Source: Azolla caroliniana (Eukaryota; Plantae; Polypodiophyta). Taken from it: DNA of 64,000 nt. Shown in pieces: positions 62,718-64,000 of this stretch. The notes beneath the pieces are model-generated. The model searched no databases, was not told where the DNA came from, and worked only from the letters and a program-made list of their open reading frames with translations. The position numbers and the translations under genes are program-made. Numbering within the stretch: position 1 is the stretch's first letter; every line of letters begins with the position of its first letter. The stretch covers positions 24,490,001 to 24,554,000 of the forward strand of contig JBHGNT010000001.1 of assembly GCA_043228905.1 (NCBI GenBank), in the 5' to 3' direction.

Positions 62718-63183
62718 TGTTACATGCATAGGGCAAGATTCGAACCCTGTACCTCCATGTTAACGATTTTTAAGCCTTACCAATATACTAGCATATTATG
62801 AATTTTAAAGTTATACTAAACTTTATCCCATGTAAATATTCTAGATATGCATGGTACAAAAAGTTATTCATGCATACACACTCAAGTTAAAAGAAAAGAT
62901 TGGATAGAAAGCTAATCATGCACATGCAGTGTGCATGAAAACTAAAGTTAGGAAAAGCATGATGCTTGCATGTGATAAACTTAGACTCTTACAACACTAT
63001 ATAAGGAAGAGAGAAAGATGTATAGGGGTTGTTGATTTTTTATAAGGATTGATTAATACAAAATATTCGTGGGATTCATGATTTTACCATCTAATTTTCT
63101 CTTACAATCTAAGTATCCATTAATACATTATTCTCGTGGGATTCACGTGTTTCACATTTCCATCTTGCAATCTATTCGTAACA
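62718..63183 (+). repeat. Gypsy-type LTR with an antisense tRNA-like head
   Basis: tgttac...gtaaca terminal inverted repeat; TATA near 62997; A/B boxes on minus 62737-62790. Confidence 0.7.
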
Positions 63184-64000
63184 AAACTATCTCATATTCT
63201 TCTTCTCCTAGTCCAAAACATCAGTGGTTCCCACCTGACTCACACAACGATCCGAAGCCAAAAGGCACGACAACGCGTCCTAGCTACTATTGACAATCTA
63301 TTACGTTGCTTTATGTTGTTTCTTTTCCTTGTGTCGTTCTCACGTTGCCATTCTCTCGTACTGCATTGAGTCCGAAACCTACGGCCACCTCCTTCCTACT
63401 CCTCTTTGTTTGATTCACAGTGTTCCACTCGCGGGCCTCTTCCTCCTTTCTCGATTCCTTGGTTCAAGACCCCCGTGGTCCTGCCCCGTTTCTATGCATC
63501 TACGCGGAATACCGCGACACCGCATCCATCTCATTGTATCCCTCATTCTTAAGATTTAATATTCAGTGTACCTGTTTATTTGTGATTTTATTGATGTCGA
63601 TCTGTTTGATTATCTCAATCACCTATGGATGAGGTTCGGCGTCTGCTACCCGAAGATATCCCTCCAATCCACTAGTCTTCAACTAGTTTCGTAGATGTTC
63701 AGAGACCTGAATCAAGATTTCTTCGTTTTGTTCTTCATTGCCTGCTACCATGTTGTCGTCTTTGTACGAGTGTGAAAGTTGAAGTGGTCTGTGTGCTCAC
63801 CTGTTGCTCATTTCGTTTCTCCATGTTTCTCTTTTTCTGCTTTTCTGCACCCGAGTGTGCAATGTTGCTTCTCTGTGTTTTTTTGTGTTAGGAAAACGGG
63901 ATGAAAAGGTTTCTGTATAAAAGTGGGCCATAATTTGAAAAGGCACGGTGGAAAAATAGAATCTTCTATTAATGTTGTCCTTTAAGAGCCACTCCTCAAA

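Noticed and set aside
62725-62795. Functional tRNA gene (also 775-845)
   Set aside because: Acceptor and anticodon stems do not pair; only the A/B boxes and spacing persist.
63184-64000. Self-priming PBS or gag start after the last LTR
   Set aside because: Complementarity to the R region is weak, with no tRNA PBS, clean TSD or recognisable ORF; left unannotated.

Overview
This is eukaryotic, essentially gene-free DNA made of nested, mostly decayed transposable elements. It is probably heterochromatin of a non-seed land plant (fern, lycophyte or bryophyte); that is an inference from the lineages present. Contents: (1) Tnt1/Tork-like Copia elements A1-A4; (2) a second Copia lineage with an extension past RNase H (C1, C2, fragment C3, RT-less element D); (3) chromodomain Gypsy elements G1-G3; (4) tRNA-Trp-primed non-chromovirus Gypsy elements P1-P3 (Phygy/Selgy-like) plus non-autonomous B1 and its solo LTR B2; (5) a Sola2-like DNA transposase fragment with a convergent repeat-rich ORF and minisatellites. 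No intact host gene, real tRNA, rRNA or CRISPR array was seen. The most notable signal is a degenerate tRNA-like Pol III A-box/B-box module, antisense and near the U3 end, in LTRs of several unrelated protein-coding Gypsy families. Also notable: a GGATTTT-TAG -1 frameshift site after the protease, a double PPT in the C-type Copia, clustered Copia insertions in the P-family RNase H, and RT-less non-autonomous elements. Boundaries were read by eye; TSD-supported ones should be exact or nearly so, others are approximate. Family names come from motif recognition, not database searches.
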